A DNA stretch of 64,000 nt from Felis catus. Taxonomy: Eukaryota. The notes beneath the pieces are model-generated. The model did no database searches. It worked only from the letters and a program-made list of their open reading frames with translations, and was not told the DNA's origin. A program made the translations under genes and the position numbers. Below are positions 1 through 14,750 of the stretch, piece after piece. The first letter of the stretch is position 1. Each line of letters opens with the position of its first letter. Location: assembly GCF_018350175.1 (NCBI RefSeq), contig NC_058368.1:5890001-5954000 (forward strand), written 5' to 3'.

Positions 1-3000
1 CTTAGAGAGGTGGCTGGAATTTGTAGAAATGAACCCTGGAAATGAGGGAACTATGCAGAGAATGAGCTCCAGAAATTCTTGGGCTGAATGCCAATCCGTA
101 TATGTGTACTGAGAAATTTCACAAGGCCACCAACGAGCAGTTACTGTGGGAAACCAAGTTACCATAGAACTGCGAGTCAAAACTTGCCAGATCTAATATA
201 GAGCTAGAAATTACTCTTATTTCCATGGGTCAAAGTAAAGAGACCTTATTCAATATATGAAGCATTCAATAGACACCCAAGAAGAGATAACCCTTGTATA
301 GGAACTAAATTACTTCTTAAGTAAAAGATACTCTAGACTCACTTGAAGAAGAAGAAAAATAAATCTTAGAATGATCAAACTATTCATAGGGAATGTAACT
401 TCCTGCAAAACCAAAGTCCAAGTATTTAAATGTATGCAACAGAAAACATTCAACAGCATAAAATTCACAATGTCCAGCACCCATTATAAAATTGCAGTCT
501 ATGAAGAAGCAAAACTTTGAACCATAGCCAGGAGAAAATCGGCCATAGAATCAATAGAAAAAAACAGATACTGCAGTGAATTAGCAGAAAAATCTTTAAG
601 ATAGCTATTACAATTACACTCAATCATTTGAAAGAAAGCAATGAGAGAAAGATGTAAAGAAGGACTAATTAATATTTCTAAAGATGAAGAGTATTAACAC
701 ATGAAAGGAAAATGTCACTGAATTATTATTAACCTCAGAGAGGCGGCTAAATAAAAGACCCAGTGAACTTGGGCACGGCAAAAGAAACTAAAAATGAACC
801 AAAGAGAGAACAAAGGTGGTATAAATGAACAGAGATATGGGAAATATCAAGAGTTCCAATAGATGTGTGGTTGAAGTCCCAGAAAAAAAGGAAAGAGTGA
901 GAGAAAAATATGTATAAAAAGAAATGATCAAATTTTTCCCTATTTGATGGAATCTATAAATCAACAGACCCCAAGAGCAATCTCAAGAAGGATAAATGCA
1001 AATAAAACAACACCAAAGCATGTCAGTATCAAATTGCTGACAATCAGCAATGAAGAGAAAAATCTATAGACTACACAAAAATAGAAAACATAATACATGA
1101 AGAGAAACAAATAGGAAAAATATCAGACTTCCCAATGAAATAGTGCAAGTGAGAAGACAGCAAACATTTTTCAAGTGTTGAAGAAAATAAACTTCCAATC
1201 TAGAATTCTGTACACAGAAAATTTTTTTCAAAACTGAAGGCAAAAGTATTTTGAGAAATAAAATTTGAAAGAATATCCATTTCCTTTAAATTTAAAAAGA
1301 ATTTAAATTATCTTTAGATGCTTATGTTAGAAAAGGAGGCTACAAAATCAATGACCTAATCTTCCAACTTCAACAAGTTGGAAAGGAGCAAATTAAATCT
1401 CAGTTAAATAGAAGGGAAAGGAATAATAAAAGTAGAAATTAATACAATAGGAAAAAGACAAACAGTATATAAAATCAGTGAAACCAAAGTTGGTCTTTTG
1501 AAACTATCTATAAAGTTATCTAGGTGCACTGATCACCACAAAAAAAGAGAATTCAAAATTACCAATGTCAGTAATGAAAGAGAGAATTATCAGTAGTTAT
1601 TAGTATGGGTATCACACATAATAAGGGAATACTATAAACAAATGTATGTCAATAAAGGTGACAACTTGGATGAAAATTTAAAATTCCTTGAAAGATACAA
1701 ATTAACAAAATAGATTCAATAAAAAAAAACCCTGACCATCCTTATATTTAATAATAAGATTAACTTCATAATTAAAAACTTTCCCAGGGCTTCATCAGTA
1801 AATTCTCTCAAATATTTATGAAAGAAATAATGCTAATCTTAAACTTTTTCAGAAAATAGAGACAAGGGAAACACTGCCCAAATCAAGAAGCAAGTACTAC
1901 GCTGATTCAAAATCCAGACCAAGAATATTATGGGTTAAGTCAGAAAAATATCTCTCATAAACTTAAGTACAAAATCCTTAGCAAATATGAACAAATCAAA
2001 TCTGAAAATAATCACCTTAAGAGATGCATTTAAAAATAATTTGATCAAATCCAAAATCTGTTCACAATAAACAGCTTCAGCAAACTAGAAATTAAAAGAA
2101 ACTTCCTCAACATGCTAATGGACATCTATGGAAAAGCTAATATCATAATTAATGGTAAAAGGAATTTTTCTTCTTAATATTAGGGAAAAAAACAAACATG
2201 TCCACACCTACCACTTCTGTTTAAAATTGTTTTGAAGGTCATAGAGTGTGCATTAGTGCAAGAAGAAAGGAAAGGAAAAGAAGAAATAAACCTCTGTTTA
2301 TTCACAATGTGGTATGTATAGAAAATACTAAAAAGGCAAAAAGCAGTTACTAGGAAAATTAGTGAATTTAGCAAGATCACAGGGTGCAAGTTATTGTAAG
2401 AAATAAAATGTATTTCTATATGGTAACAATGAAAAGTTGGAAAATAAGACATAAAAATACCACTTGCAGTAGCATCCAAAACTTGCATAGTGATGGATAA
2501 GTTTAACAAAAGATGTGCAAAGACTGTACATTAAAAACTACAACAAATTCCTAGGAGAAATTAAAGACAACTTAAATCATTGGAGAGATACACTATGTTC
2601 ATGAACTTGAAAACTTGATAATGTTAAGATGTCATTTCTCCTGAAGGTAATCTATAGACTAAATTGCAATCCAAATCTCAGTATTTTTAATTAGAATTTC
2701 AACTGATTTTAACAATTTTTATTGAAATTCAAAGGACTTAGAATAGCCAAAATTTTTTCAGAGAAGTTATATTACCTGGGTCAGGATTTAAATATGAAGT
2801 ATAATTATCAAGACAATATGGTCTAAGAATAGATTTATGTCAGTGAAACAGAGATTCCAGATACAGATCCATTCATGCAGCTTCAAAGATGCCAACATAA
2901 TTCCATGGGAAAAGCACAACCTTTTCAACAAAAGGTACTGGAACAACTGGCCATCAATAGGCAAAAGATAAATCTCAACTCTTACATCAATCCATAGACA

Positions 3001-3420
3001 AAAATTAAGATCAGAAAACTGAAAAACAAACTTCTAAAAGAAAACAATATTAAGTCTTTGTAATCTTGTGGTGGGCAAAGGTTTCTTAGGATAAAAACAA
3101 AAACACAGACCATAAAAATGTTTGATAAATTGGACCTAAATTTAAAACTTCTGACTTTAACAATATTAAGAAAATTAATCAAGCCATAGATTAAGGTATA
3201 AAATTCCAGTGTATACATGACAACTCTTATCCAGAAAGAACACTAGCAACTCTGTGGGCCAACTACAACAATTCAATTAAAAAATGGGTAAAGTACTTGG
3301 AAAAAAAAAAACTCCCTCAGAGGAGGTATACAAATGGCAAACAATCACATGAGGAGATGCTCTATATCATTAGTCATCAGAAAAATGCAAAATAACATCA
3401 CAAAGAGCTAGTGTGTAATA
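1..3420 (+). mobile_element. Old, highly decayed L1M-type LINE (ORF1 and ORF2 remnants)
   Basis: A-rich strand with recognisable L1 ORF1/ORF2 sequence (e.g. cttttcaacaaaaggtactggaacaactgg, catcattagtcatcagaaaaatgcaaa). No open frames. Confidence 0.8.
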
Positions 3421-4032
3421 TTTTAGTGATGTTGTAAACAGTGAGACATGATAAAATGGGGTGAACTTATGCACATTGGATTTCTAATTTAAGATTATTT
3501 GATAGGAAACAGTCAAACATGTAGAATCTGTATGTACATCATCCATGTAGTCCCTGATTTACATGTATCCAAATTGCAAATGGCCTCCCTATAGGATTCG
3601 CTTCTATGGTAACAGGACCTTTCCAAGACTTTTCTGTGAGGCTCTCGCGCTCAGGTCTTGATACTTGCACCCATCACCACGCCTGCCTTCCTGCCTTAAG
3701 AGCCTATAAACCGCAGCTGCTGGAGATACCCAACTGCACCTTGCACCTGACCACCTTGACCTCTGTGAACTCTGAGAGGGTGAAAATAGTGGTATCTGGG
3801 CAAGTCAGTGACACCATTGCAAGTAAATTAAGGGGAAAATGCATCCCAAATTCTAAATAATGTTTAATGACCTTTTGGAATATAAGATTTTCATTAGCTA
3901 TAAATCACCAGAAATACAGTTAATACCATAGAATGCAAAGCATATTAAAGCATTAAAAACAGTGCCAACATTTTTACATATATATAAAATCATTCCTTGC
4001 CTATTTCTTTATTTCTTTACACTTGTACTAGA

Positions 4033-4213
4033 GCAGTAATTCCCAAACTTGTCCGTACTTTGGAATCTTCTGGTGAGCTTCATAAACCACTGATGCCTGT
4101 GGCCGAACCACAGAGATTGTGATTCAGGTCGTTTGGGGGTGGTTTGGGCTTCTGGAATTTTTAAAAAAATCCCTCACTGATTCTGATGTACAGACAAGTT
4201 TGGGAACTGCTGC
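4033..4213. mobile_element. MER5-like hAT-Charlie MITE
   Basis: 21-bp terminal inverted repeat with 2 mismatches: gcagtaattcccaaacttgtc (4033-4053) and gacaagtttgggaactgctgc (4193-4213). About 180 bp, MER5-like interior. Confidence 0.8.
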
Positions 4214-4656
4214 ATATACTAGAAAATGGTAGGGATGATGATCCTCTCTCTCTCTACTTACTTTCAAAGTCCTGCATTAATAGATTTCATGTGATACAAG
4301 TTAAAACATAACACTATGTAGATAATGTAAGTTTGGTCAGTTACATTTAGTATGACACATTTAGGCTGAATTTACAAAGTAGGAACCTGGAAACACTGGT
4401 TGTCGTTTCACGGAACTCCCCGATGCTGAGTGAGAGTTTGTGATTACGTGGTTTGCTTGCCTGTTATGTACAGAACGCCTTTAAATTTGAACATGTATTA
4501 CACCTATTTGTGTGGTGTTGTGGGCAGTTAAGTAATTCAGTCCCATTAATTTGTAAGGAAATTTGCAAAGATTATTTTATCTTAGTTACTCCTCTGTCCC
4601 ACCCAGTAAGCACAAATAATCATAATTGTTTATTTCTTGTAGAGAATGTAAGGGTG

Positions 4657-4658
<2 letters not shown>

Positions 4659-4694
<36 letters not shown>

Positions 4695-4700
4695 GTGCAT
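4659..4700. repeat. (GT)n microsatellite
   Basis: Direct reading. Confidence 0.95.
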
Positions 4701-4807
4701 GTGTGCACATGCTGGGGGACATTTTACATGTTATGAGATGGAAAATTTTAGTGAATCTTAGAGAAAAATGCTTAAAAATGAATGTTTTAAAAAGAATTAC
4801 CGTATTT

Positions 4808-5027
4808 TTAAAAATTGTTTTAAAAGCAAATTTTATTTTACTTTTGAGAGAGAGACAGAGTGTGAGCAGGGGAGGAGCAGAGAGAGTGAGGGACACAGAA
4901 TCCGAAGCAGGTTCCAGGCTCTGAGCTGTCATCCCAGAGCCCAGTGTGGGGCTCGAACTCACAAACCCTGAGATAATGACCCAAGCTGAAGTCGGACGCT
5001 TAACCGACTGAGCCACCCAGGTGCCCC
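4808..5027 (-). mobile_element. Can-SINE (SINEC_Fc-like)
   Basis: tRNA-derived head ggggcacctgggtggctcagtcggttaagcg, (CT)n and A tail on the minus strand. TSD aagaattac(c/t)gtattt at 4792-4807 and 5028-5043. Confidence 0.95.
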
Positions 5028-8000
5028 AAGAATTACTGTATTTAATACTTGACATTTAACAACAGAAATTCCGTAAGATACAAATTTAATAAAACCGTAG
5101 TATTTCTTGTTCTGGATTTGCATTCATTACCACAGTGGTTCAAATTCCTTTCTCTATTTTGAGGATGAGCTAAGATCCCCCAGATATATTCTATTTATTG
5201 TATACAATAAGTCTTTACCAGATTTATTGACATATAATTTACATACCATACATCCACACATTTAAAGTGTGCAGCTCAATGGCTTTTAGTATATTAACAG
5301 AACCAGGCAACTATCAGCATCATCAGCTTGAGAACACTTTCCTTCCCTCACAGAAGAAACCCCAGACCTCTTGGCTATTACTGCCCCATCCATCCCCCAG
5401 CCTTAGGCAAACACCAGTCTGTTTTCAGTCTTTATATAATTTGCCTGTTCTGAAAATTTCATGTAAATAGACTCATATAATATGTGGTCTTGTGACTAGC
5501 TTCTTTCACTTAGTATAATGTTTTCAAGATTCATCACTGTTGTAGCATGATCAATACTTCATTCCTTTTTGTTAATAAACACTATTCCATTGTATGTATA
5601 TAGCACATACCCATCATATATCCACTCATTGATTAATGAACATTTGGGCTATTACGAATAAAGCTGCTATGTGTACAAATTTTTCTGTGGCATAGACTTT
5701 CATTTCTCTTGGGCATATACCTAACAGCGTAATTGCTGAATAATACGGTAACTCAATGCTTAACCATTACAGGAAATGCCAGACCGTTTCCCAAAGGGGC
5801 TACACCATGTTACATTCCTGCCAGCAGTGTGTGAGGGTTCCAGTCTCTACATCTTTGCCAACAGTCATTGCTGTCTGTCATTTTGATTATAGCCACCCTA
5901 ATGGACATGAAGTATTACCTCATTGTGGTTTTAATTTGCATTTGTTTAATGATTAATGATGTTGACCATCTTTTCATGTATTAGTTATTTGAATATCCTC
6001 TGGGGGGAAAGGTCTATTCAAATCTTTGGCATGTTTTGAAAATTGGGTCTTTTTGTCTTTTTACTGTTGAGTTGTAAGTGTTCCTCATACATCCCAGATA
6101 GAAATCCTTGTTATAAATATAATGTGTAAATGCTTTGTTCTATTCTGTGGGTTGTATTTATACTTTTTTATTGAAGTATAATTGACATACAATGTTATAT
6201 TAGTTTCAGGTGTACAACATATTGATTAGACAATTCTATTCATTACTCAGTGCTCACCACAATAAGTGTTAGTCACCATTTGTCACCATAAAAAGTTATT
6301 ACAGTATTATTGACTCCATTCTCTATGCTGTATTTTTCATCTCCATTTATCTATTTCACCCGTTCCCCACCTACCTGCCATCTGGTCACCAACAGTTTAT
6401 TCTCTGTGTATTTGTCTAGCATTTTGTTCAATTGTTTTATTCAATTTGTTTTGTTCATTTGTTTTGTTTTTTAGATTCCACACGTAAGTGAAATCATATG
6501 GTATTTGTCTTTCTCTGACTTAACTTCACTTAGCATTATAACCTCTAGGTCTGCCCATGATGTCACAAATGGCAAAAACGAAAACAAAAACAAAACTTGT
6601 TCTTTTTTATGGCTGAGTAATATTCCATTGTATGTATATGTATGTGTATGTGTGTATGTACACGCATACCACATCTTGTTTATCCATTCATCTATAGATG
6701 GACACTTGGGCTGCTTCTGTATCTTGGCTATTGTAAATAATGCTGCAGTAATCCTAGGGGTGTGTATATCTTTTTGAAATTCTGTTTTTGTTTTCTTTGT
6801 GTTAATATCCATTAGTGGGATAGCTGGATCATATGGTGTTTGTATGTTTCATTTTTGAGGAACCTCCATACTGTTTCCACAGTGGCTGCCCCAGTTTACA
6901 TTCCCATCGACAGTGCATGAGGGCTCCCTTTTCACCACATCCTCATCAACACTTATTTCTTATCTTTTTGGTATTAGCTATTCTGATTGGTGTGAGGTGA
7001 TATCTCACTGTAGCTTTGATTTGCATTTCCCTGATGATCAGTCATGTTGAACATCTTTTTATGTGTCAGTTGGCCATCTGTATGTCTTCTTTGGGAAGAC
7101 ATTCAGGTCCTCTACCCATTTTTAATCAGATGCCTTTTTTTTTTATGTTGAGTTCTTTTTGTATTTTGGATATTAACTCCTTATCAAATATATCATTTGC
7201 AAATATCTTCTCCCATTTTAAGTTGCCTCTTGTTTTGTTGATGGTTGCTTTTGCTGTGCAAAATCTTTTAATTTTGGTGTAGTCCCACTAATTTATTTTT
7301 TCTTTTGTTTCCCTTGCCTGATGAGACATGCGGATAAGTGTGTTGCTAAGCCTAATGTCCAAGGATTACTGTTATGTATTCTTTTAAATTTTATAATTTC
7401 AAGTCTCACATTTAGATTTTTAATCCATTTTGAATTTATTTTTGTGTATGGTGTAAGAAAGAGGTCTAGTTTCATTCTTTTGAATGTAGCTGTCCAGTTT
7501 TCCCAACACCAATTATTGAAGAGACTGTCTTTCCCCATTGTATATTCTTGCCTCCTTTGTTGTAGATTGACTGTATAGGCTTGGGTTTATTTCTGGAGTC
7601 TCTATTCTGTTGATTCATGTGTCAGTTTTTATGCCAGTGCCATATTGTTTTGATTACTGTAGCTGTGTGGTATATCTTGAATCTGGAATTGTAATACATA
7701 CCTCCAGATTTGTTCTTTTTCAAAATTGCTGTGGCTCTTCAGGATTTTTTGTGGTTCCATACAAGTTATAGGACTATTTGTTCTAGTTGTGTGAAAAATG
7801 CTATTGGTATTTTGATAGGGATCACACTGAATCTTTAAATTGTTTTGCGTATTATGGACATTTTAACAATATTAATTTTTCCGATCCACAAGCATGATAT
7901 ATCTTTCCATTTGTTTGTGTCAGTTCAGTTTCTTTCACCAGTGTCTTATAGTTTTTGGAGTATAAAGTCTTTTACATCTTGATTAAATTTATTTCTAGGT

Positions 8001-8089
8001 ATTTTATTCTTTTTTGTGTAATTTTAAATGGGGTTTTTTCTTAAATTTCTATTTCATTAGCAGGATATAGAAATGCAGTAGACTTCCAC

Positions 8090-8285
8090 AGGGCACCTAG
8101 GTGGCTGAGTTGGTTAAGTGACCAACTCTAGACTTTGGCTCGGGTCATGATTTCATGATCATGAGATCAAGCCCTGCATTGGGCTCCACACTGGGCATGG
8201 AGCCTGCTTAAGATTTTCTCTCCCTCTCCCTCTTCCCTTCTTCTTCCTCTCCCCCCCCTCCCCCACAAAAAGAAAAAGTAAAAAG
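8090..8285 (+). mobile_element. Can-SINE (older subfamily)
   Basis: gggcacctaggtggctgagttggttaag head. Flanking repeat agaaatgca(gt/ac)aga(c/t)tt. Confidence 0.9.
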
Positions 8286-8664
8286 AAATGCAACAGATTT
8301 CTTTATATTAATTTTGTATCCTGCCACTTTATTGAATTCATTTATTGATTTGGGAGATGTTGCGAGCTAAACAGTATTACATCTTTCAATCCACAAATGT
8401 TGGATGACTTTATGTTCATTTAAGTCTTCTTTAATTTCTTTCAACAATGTTTTATAATTTTCAAGGTATAAATTTTGAACTTTTGTTAAATTTATTTCTA
8501 AGTATTTTCTTCATTTTTATGCAATGGTAAATGGAATTGTCTTCTTAGTGTCACTTTCTGTTTTCTTATTTCTGTTGTATAGAAATAAAATTGATTCTTT
8601 GTGTGTTAATCTTGTATCCTAAACCTTAATTTGTTTATCTTTAATAGTATTTTAATTTTAGCAT

Positions 8665-8670
8665 TATATA

Positions 8671-8713
<43 letters not shown>

Positions 8714-8759
8714 CATAGGGTTTTAGCAATATATATTATATGTATATATTATATATATA

Positions 8760-8792
<33 letters not shown>
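8665..8792. repeat. (TA)n/(TG)n microsatellite cluster
   Basis: Direct reading. Confidence 0.95.
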
Positions 8793-8793
<1 letters not shown>

Positions 8794-8934
8794 AAATCAT
8801 GTCATATACAAATAGAGATCATTTTACTCTTTCCTTTCTACACTGGATGATTTTTATTGCATTTTCTTGCCCAACTATACTGCCTAGTATTACCAGAACA
8901 ATGATGAATAGAAGTACTGTAAATGATATTTTTG

Positions 8935-9175
8935 TCTCTTTTTTTAAGCATATTTATTTATTTTGCAGAGAGAGAGAGAGAGAGAGCATGCGTGCGAGAG
9001 GGAGAGGGAGAATGAGCGGGGGAGGGGCAGAGAGAGTGGGAGAGAAAGAATATGAAGCATGCTCTGTGTTCTCAGCGTGGAGCCTGATGCTGGGCTCAAT
9101 CTCACAAACTGAGATCGTGACCTGAGCTGAAATCAAGAGTCAGACGCTTAACCCACCAAGCCACCCAGGTGCCCC
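8935..9175 (-). mobile_element. Can-SINE
   Basis: Ends in ccacccaggtgcccc, with (GA)n and T tail on the plus strand. Confidence 0.9.
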
Positions 9176-12100
9176 TCATTCTTGATTTTAGGGGAAAGCT
9201 TTCAGTCTTTCACCATTAAACATGTTAACTGTGGGAGTTTTGTAGATGTCTTTTATCAGATTCAGGAAGATCAATTCTATTCCTACTTTAGTGAATGTTT
9301 TTATCATGAAGATGTATTGACTTATGTCAAATGCTTTTTCTGAATTTATTGAGACAATCATGTAATTTTTGTCCTTTATTTTTATGATGAATGACATTAT
9401 TTTTGTGTGTTAAACCAACCTTGCATTCCTGAGATAAATCCCATTTGGTGTTTTTGTGTGTAACCTTATATATATTTCTAGATTTAGTATGTTGATATTT
9501 TGATAAAGATTTTGCATCTATACTATTTTATGAAATTTATTTTAAAATCATTTATGAAAAGACAGAAGACGGATTATATGATTACATAATTTCCTTTATC
9601 AATGCTCTTTGTGAACTGGGTTTACTTATTTTTAATCTGAAGAACCTCCTTTAGTATTTCTTGAAAAGCATGTATTACAGTAACAAATCCTGTCATTTTT
9701 CTGTTTATATGAGAATGTCTCTGTTTTGCCTTCATTTTTGAAAAATTATTTTGTTGGGCATAAGATTCTTGGTTGACAGGTTTTTTTTCTTTCAGCACTG
9801 CCTTCTGACCTCCATTTTTGTGTGTGTGTGATGAGAAGTCATCTATAAATCTTAACTGGAGCTCCCTTGTCCATGAGCCACTTTTATTTCTCTGGTTTCA
9901 ATATTTTCCTGTTGTTTTTGGTTTCCAACATTTTTGCTCCATGTGTCTGGGTATGGATCTCTTTGCATTTATCTCACTTAAAGTTCACTGAGCCCCTGTG
10001 GATGTACAAATTAATGTTGTTTAGCTAATTTGAAGCTCTTTAGCTATCATTTCCTTGAATAGTTTTCCTACTTCATTCCTTTTCTCCTCTGGTTCTTATA
10101 TCCCATTTGCCTATATTGGTGTGTTTAAAGGCTTCTCATATTTCTGAGTCTGTGTTAATTTTCCTTCATTCTGTTTTTCTCTCTGGTTTTCAAATTGCAT
10201 ACTTTCCATTAATGTAGCACCAAGTTTCATAATTCTTTCTTCTTCCAGTTCACATATACTGTTGAGCCCCTCTAATGAATTTTTCATTTTAGTTATTAAA
10301 ACTTTTCAGCTCCAGAAGTTTCATTTGGTTCTTTTTTATAATTTCTGTCTCTTTTTTGATAATCTGTTTGATGTGCCTTCATACCCTCATACCTTTAAGG
10401 ATTTCTTATGGTTCTTTCAACATGTTTGTATTGGCTAATTTGAACTCTTTGTAACTCTGACATGTAGGCCCTCTCACAGGAAGTTTCTGTTGCCTACTTG
10501 TTACTGGGTATATGGGTCATGCTGCCCTGTCTCTTTGCATGTCTTGTACTTTTTGGTGTTGCTGAAAACTAGACATCTTACATAATACACTGTAGCTACT
10601 CTGGATACTAGTTTCCCTCCCCTGTCTTCAAGGCTTACATTTGTTTTGATGTTTATTTGTTCTGTGATTTGGCTGGCTATTTTAGTTGAAGTCCATTTCC
10701 CCTGTAGTATGAAACCTTGGTATTGATCCTTGAAGGTGCAGCCCTGAGCAGGCACACAGTCACCTTGGTTTTATCTGGTCTGTATTGACACTCCTTTTCC
10801 CTGATTTTTCCATTAAGCTACCTGACTTACTTGGTATTACACCAGTTGTTAGGCTCCACTAATTACCCACGGGATATTCTATTGTTTTTGACAGTGTTCT
10901 AGGGCATTAATTGTACAGCAGTCTGATCTGATTAAATCCAGGCTGGGATAATTTTGAGAAAGGTCTTTGAGGTTTGTTCTCACCTCAGGAGGGCTATTTT
11001 TATCTGTTTCTGTCCCTCGTTCTTTCTGAACCAGGCCTATGGTTTAGCTTGTTGGTCTCAATTAAGAAGAATTATTATCTTTGAGAACATCCCTAGACTT
11101 GAACTCTTCCCCCAGTATGTTTCAAACAGTCACTTCCTTTGGAAAGAGTTTTGGGGCTGTCTTTTCTTATGTACCACCTGTTACCGTAGGTAAAACCTTA
11201 TTGCCACTACCTTTGGTGGTAGTGAGGTTGTCGTCACTGGTCTTCTTGGTTTGCCTTCCCAGCAATCTCTTGGAGATTCTCTTCCCTACAAGCAAGCTGT
11301 GGTGAGAGTGATCATGGATCCGGTATTCTTAGCCTATCGTGCCTGTTGTAGAGACTTTCTCCTATGGACATAGGTTGATTGGAAAAGGAGAGCTCTAACC
11401 TCTTGGCCACACTCATCAGGAATTTGGCCTCTTCAACTCAAAGTTAGGGGCAGGGGATAAGAAATGCCGGTGGCCTGGCTCTCCTGTGAGATATTGTAAC
11501 ATTGAGTGATCACTGAGAATACTAGTATTCCTACCCTCTTGGCCACACTTGGCTGTAGTGGAGCTTCCATCAAGCTAGGTTGTGATTAAGATAGGGAAGG
11601 AGTAGGTCATGGCTACAATGCCATAGACTCTCAATGTTCTTACTGAGTAGTAGGTTTGCTTGAATAAATGTTTCTTCATTTGTCTTTAGGACAATATCCA
11701 GAGAAGGTGCAGAGTCATGTTTTTATAATTTTGACCAGTTTTGCTTATCTGGGTGGGAGGCAGGTCCAAGGAGCTCCTCACAACTCCATCCTAAAAGGAA
11801 CTTTTTGTAAACTTGTGATTTTGCTATATTTGTTACCATTTGAAACTTTTGTCCATTGTTTTTACAGTGAAGGCCTTTAGCTATATTAATGGCAGATCCT
11901 TTCTTTTAAATACCAACAAATAACACATACAACTCAAACTCAGTCTTTAAAAAATATGTCCAAGATAAAGGATGTATTTCTAGTAACACCTAATGAAAAT
12001 TAAATCTGGTTAAAGAAAAATAATTATATTTCACACCTTAATTTATGGCTGTGAACCTATTATACAACAATAACACACTTCATAAATATATCTCCTATAT

Positions 12101-12611
12101 TTAGATGTATTGGACCCATGTTAGTCTGTAGAAAAACTTCATACATAATGTTATTTGGAAAATCGTATATCAGGAAAAGGAGACTTGGTCTAGTAATAAA
12201 GCGTATTAAACTTGTGGTATAGTCCAAATTGTAGCATGAGGTTTGGGACGTGAAATAAGAAAATAGACATAAATTTCAAACTTACTAATGGAAGGCACCT
12301 ATGATTCATTAGAATGATTTTGCTTTCTATCAGACCTGCCAACTCAAATATTTATTAAAAACGAACAATAAAAGCACTAATTCTCAATTTATATATGTCA
12401 GACACAAAGAAAATGCTTTCTAAAGATCAACTGTTAAGTGTCAGCTGGATTGTAATTTTATACATATTTTAAAATTCCCTTTTTGTTGCCTTCAGGTCTT
12501 TCTTTGGAGACAAACACACACGCGTGCGCGTGCACACACACACACAGAAATACTGGCCCCAGTGAGAAAAACATGCTCTTTGTTGAATATATGAAACAAT
12601 GAAGCCATTAC

Positions 12612-12690
12612 CATGCTCCAGCATTTTCATGGGCAACCAGAAGAGAATGAAGGAATGGACCAAAGCATTTATGCATTGAAACCAAAATAC
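12612..12690 (-). CDS. ATP8A2-like: P4-ATPase (ATP8A2-like) coding exon, 79 bp: [26 protein letters not shown]+1 nt (TM7)
   Basis: Overlaps ORF 12469..12663. Acceptor ttcttttag|GTA, donor CATG|gtaatg. In frame with the preceding exon. Confidence 0.92.
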
Positions 12691-13588
12691 CTAAAAGAAA
12701 ACAAAGCAAGAAAGTTATGATAGTATGTTGGTCTAAATCTAAAAATATGTGACATTAGGAAATATACTTGCAGTTTGAAACACGGTTATAAAGCCAAAAT
12801 GTTTTCCTAGATATGGAAAAATTCCATTTCTTCTAAAAGAAATGACTATGAAATTAAAGGATATTATTTGAAAACTCATTAAATATAAATGTGTAGGATT
12901 CAAATATAGAATATTTGTTATAAAAAGTATAAAAACCTAAATTATCCAATGAAAAAGAACCAGAAGTAGTAATTTGTAAAAGAAATAAAAATATTTTTCA
13001 ATCCTTAAATTGCAGTGTTTTAAATATAATTTCTTTCATGTAATACAATCTGCACCTTTACATCGACACCCAGATTTTGGTCAAAGTAAATTTTAATAAA
13101 CCATATACAATTTTCTTAAGGGAAATATTAATAATATAAAATCTCTAGGGTCAAACAAGACTACATTGGTTAGGAGATGGTAGAACAACAGCAAAAACAA
13201 ATCTTTGTTCTTTTGGTTCTAAATGTATCAGTTATTTTTATGTTTGCCAGGAAGACTTACAGATAAAGGACTGGAGGAGAAAAATATGTGGAAAAAAACA
13301 TATCTGTCCTGTGACCTAAGTTTCCTGAAGTAAAGCTGTTTTTAGGAAAGAATGTAAGAAACTGGTTTAAAAACACAACTGGTGCCAAACTGGAAAACCT
13401 CAAGATTCATGGAACATTGGGCAGAATCCACAGAAGTTTCTGTCTCTGTGGAGAAAAATTATCCTTGGACTTAGCACAACTCCTGTCCTTCCTAATATTA
13501 AAATGCAGATCCAAAAGGGCTAAATTGTTTCCAGTTAACGTGCTAGTATTCCAGCACAAAACTCAAGAACAGTCATGGTGATACAAAA

Positions 13589-13727
13589 TAAAAAACTTTT
13601 GTGCACAGCAAAGGAAGCCATCAGGAAAACAAAAAGGCATCTTACTAAATGGGAGAAGGTATTTATTTGCAAATGATTCATCCAATAAGGAGTAAATTTC
13701 CAAAATATATTTTTAAAAAACTTGTAC

Positions 13728-13775
<48 letters not shown>

Positions 13776-14750
13776 TAATCGGATTTAAAAATGGGAAGAG
13801 AATTTAAATAGACATTTTTCCAAAGAAGACTTACAAATGGCCAACTGACACATGAAAAGATGGTCAACATCACTAATCATCAGAAAAAGGCAAATCAAAA
13901 CCACAATGAGAGACCACCTTACACCTATCAGAATGGGTAGAATCAAAAAGACAAGAGATAACAAGTGTTGGTGAAGAGATGGAGAAAAAAGAACCCTCGT
14001 GCACTATTGGTAGCAATGCAAACTGGTGCAGCCACAATAGAAAACAGTATGGAGTTTTCTCAAAAAATTACATATAGTAATGCCATATGATCTAGTAATA
14101 CCACTACTGGGTATTTACCCAAGAAAACCAAAAACACTAATTCATACAGATACATGCACCACTATATTTACCGCAGCATTATTTGCAATAGCCAAGATAT
14201 GGAAGCAACCCAAGTGTCCATCCGTACATGAAGGGATAAAGAAGACATGGTATGTATATACAATGGAATACTGCTCAGCCGTAAAAAAGTAGGAGATCCC
14301 ACCATTTGCAACAATATGGATGGGCCTAGCGGGTACTATGATAAGTGAAATAAATCAGGCAGAGGATGACAAATACCATATGATTTCACTTATATGTGTA
14401 ATCTAAGAAATAAATGAACAAACAAAAACCATAAGAAATCAATACAGAGAATACACTGGAAGTAGCCAGAGGAATGGGAGAGTGGAGGCATGGGAAAAAT
14501 GGGTGAGGGGGGTGAGGCTTCCAGTGTGGAATGAGTAAGTCATGGGGATAAAAGGTAAAGCACAGGGAATATAGTTAATGGTATTATAATAGTGTTGTAT
14601 GGTGACTGATGGTAGCTACACTTGTATAGAATACATGTAGGTAGAATAATATATAGGCTTCTTGAATCACTGTTTTACACCTGAAACTAATGTAGCATTG
14701 TGTGTCAACTATACTTCAATCAATCAATCAATCTAGAGGGAAAAAATATA
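13589..14750 (+). mobile_element. 5'-truncated carnivore L1 3' end nested in the older L1; contains (CA)n at ~13727-13768
   Basis: ORF2 C-terminal peptide (PYDLVIPLLGIYP...WKQPKCPS). Flanking near-repeat tcatggt(g/t)atacaaaa. Confidence 0.88.

Larger units (their letters stand above)
5215..11820 (-). mobile_element. Composite of minus-strand L1 fragments: an old L1M (3' UTR to 5' region) interrupted by a younger L1 3' portion (~6165-8350)
   Basis: Two L1 3' ends (5215, 6165) and ORF2-like peptides in the ORF track ([30 protein letters not shown]). ORF1-like remnants at ~9620-10450. Confidence 0.8.

Noticed and set aside
4808..5027. tRNA gene calls for SINE heads (applies to all Can-SINEs)
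   Set aside because: These are tRNA-derived SINE promoter regions followed by SINE body, (CT)n and A tail, not tRNA genes.
1..12611. Next ATP8A2-like exon (expected DYLF.GN..YT-type, about 62 bp from memory)
   Set aside because: Not found by eye in the non-repeat stretches. It probably lies beyond the window, so I make no exon-loss claim.
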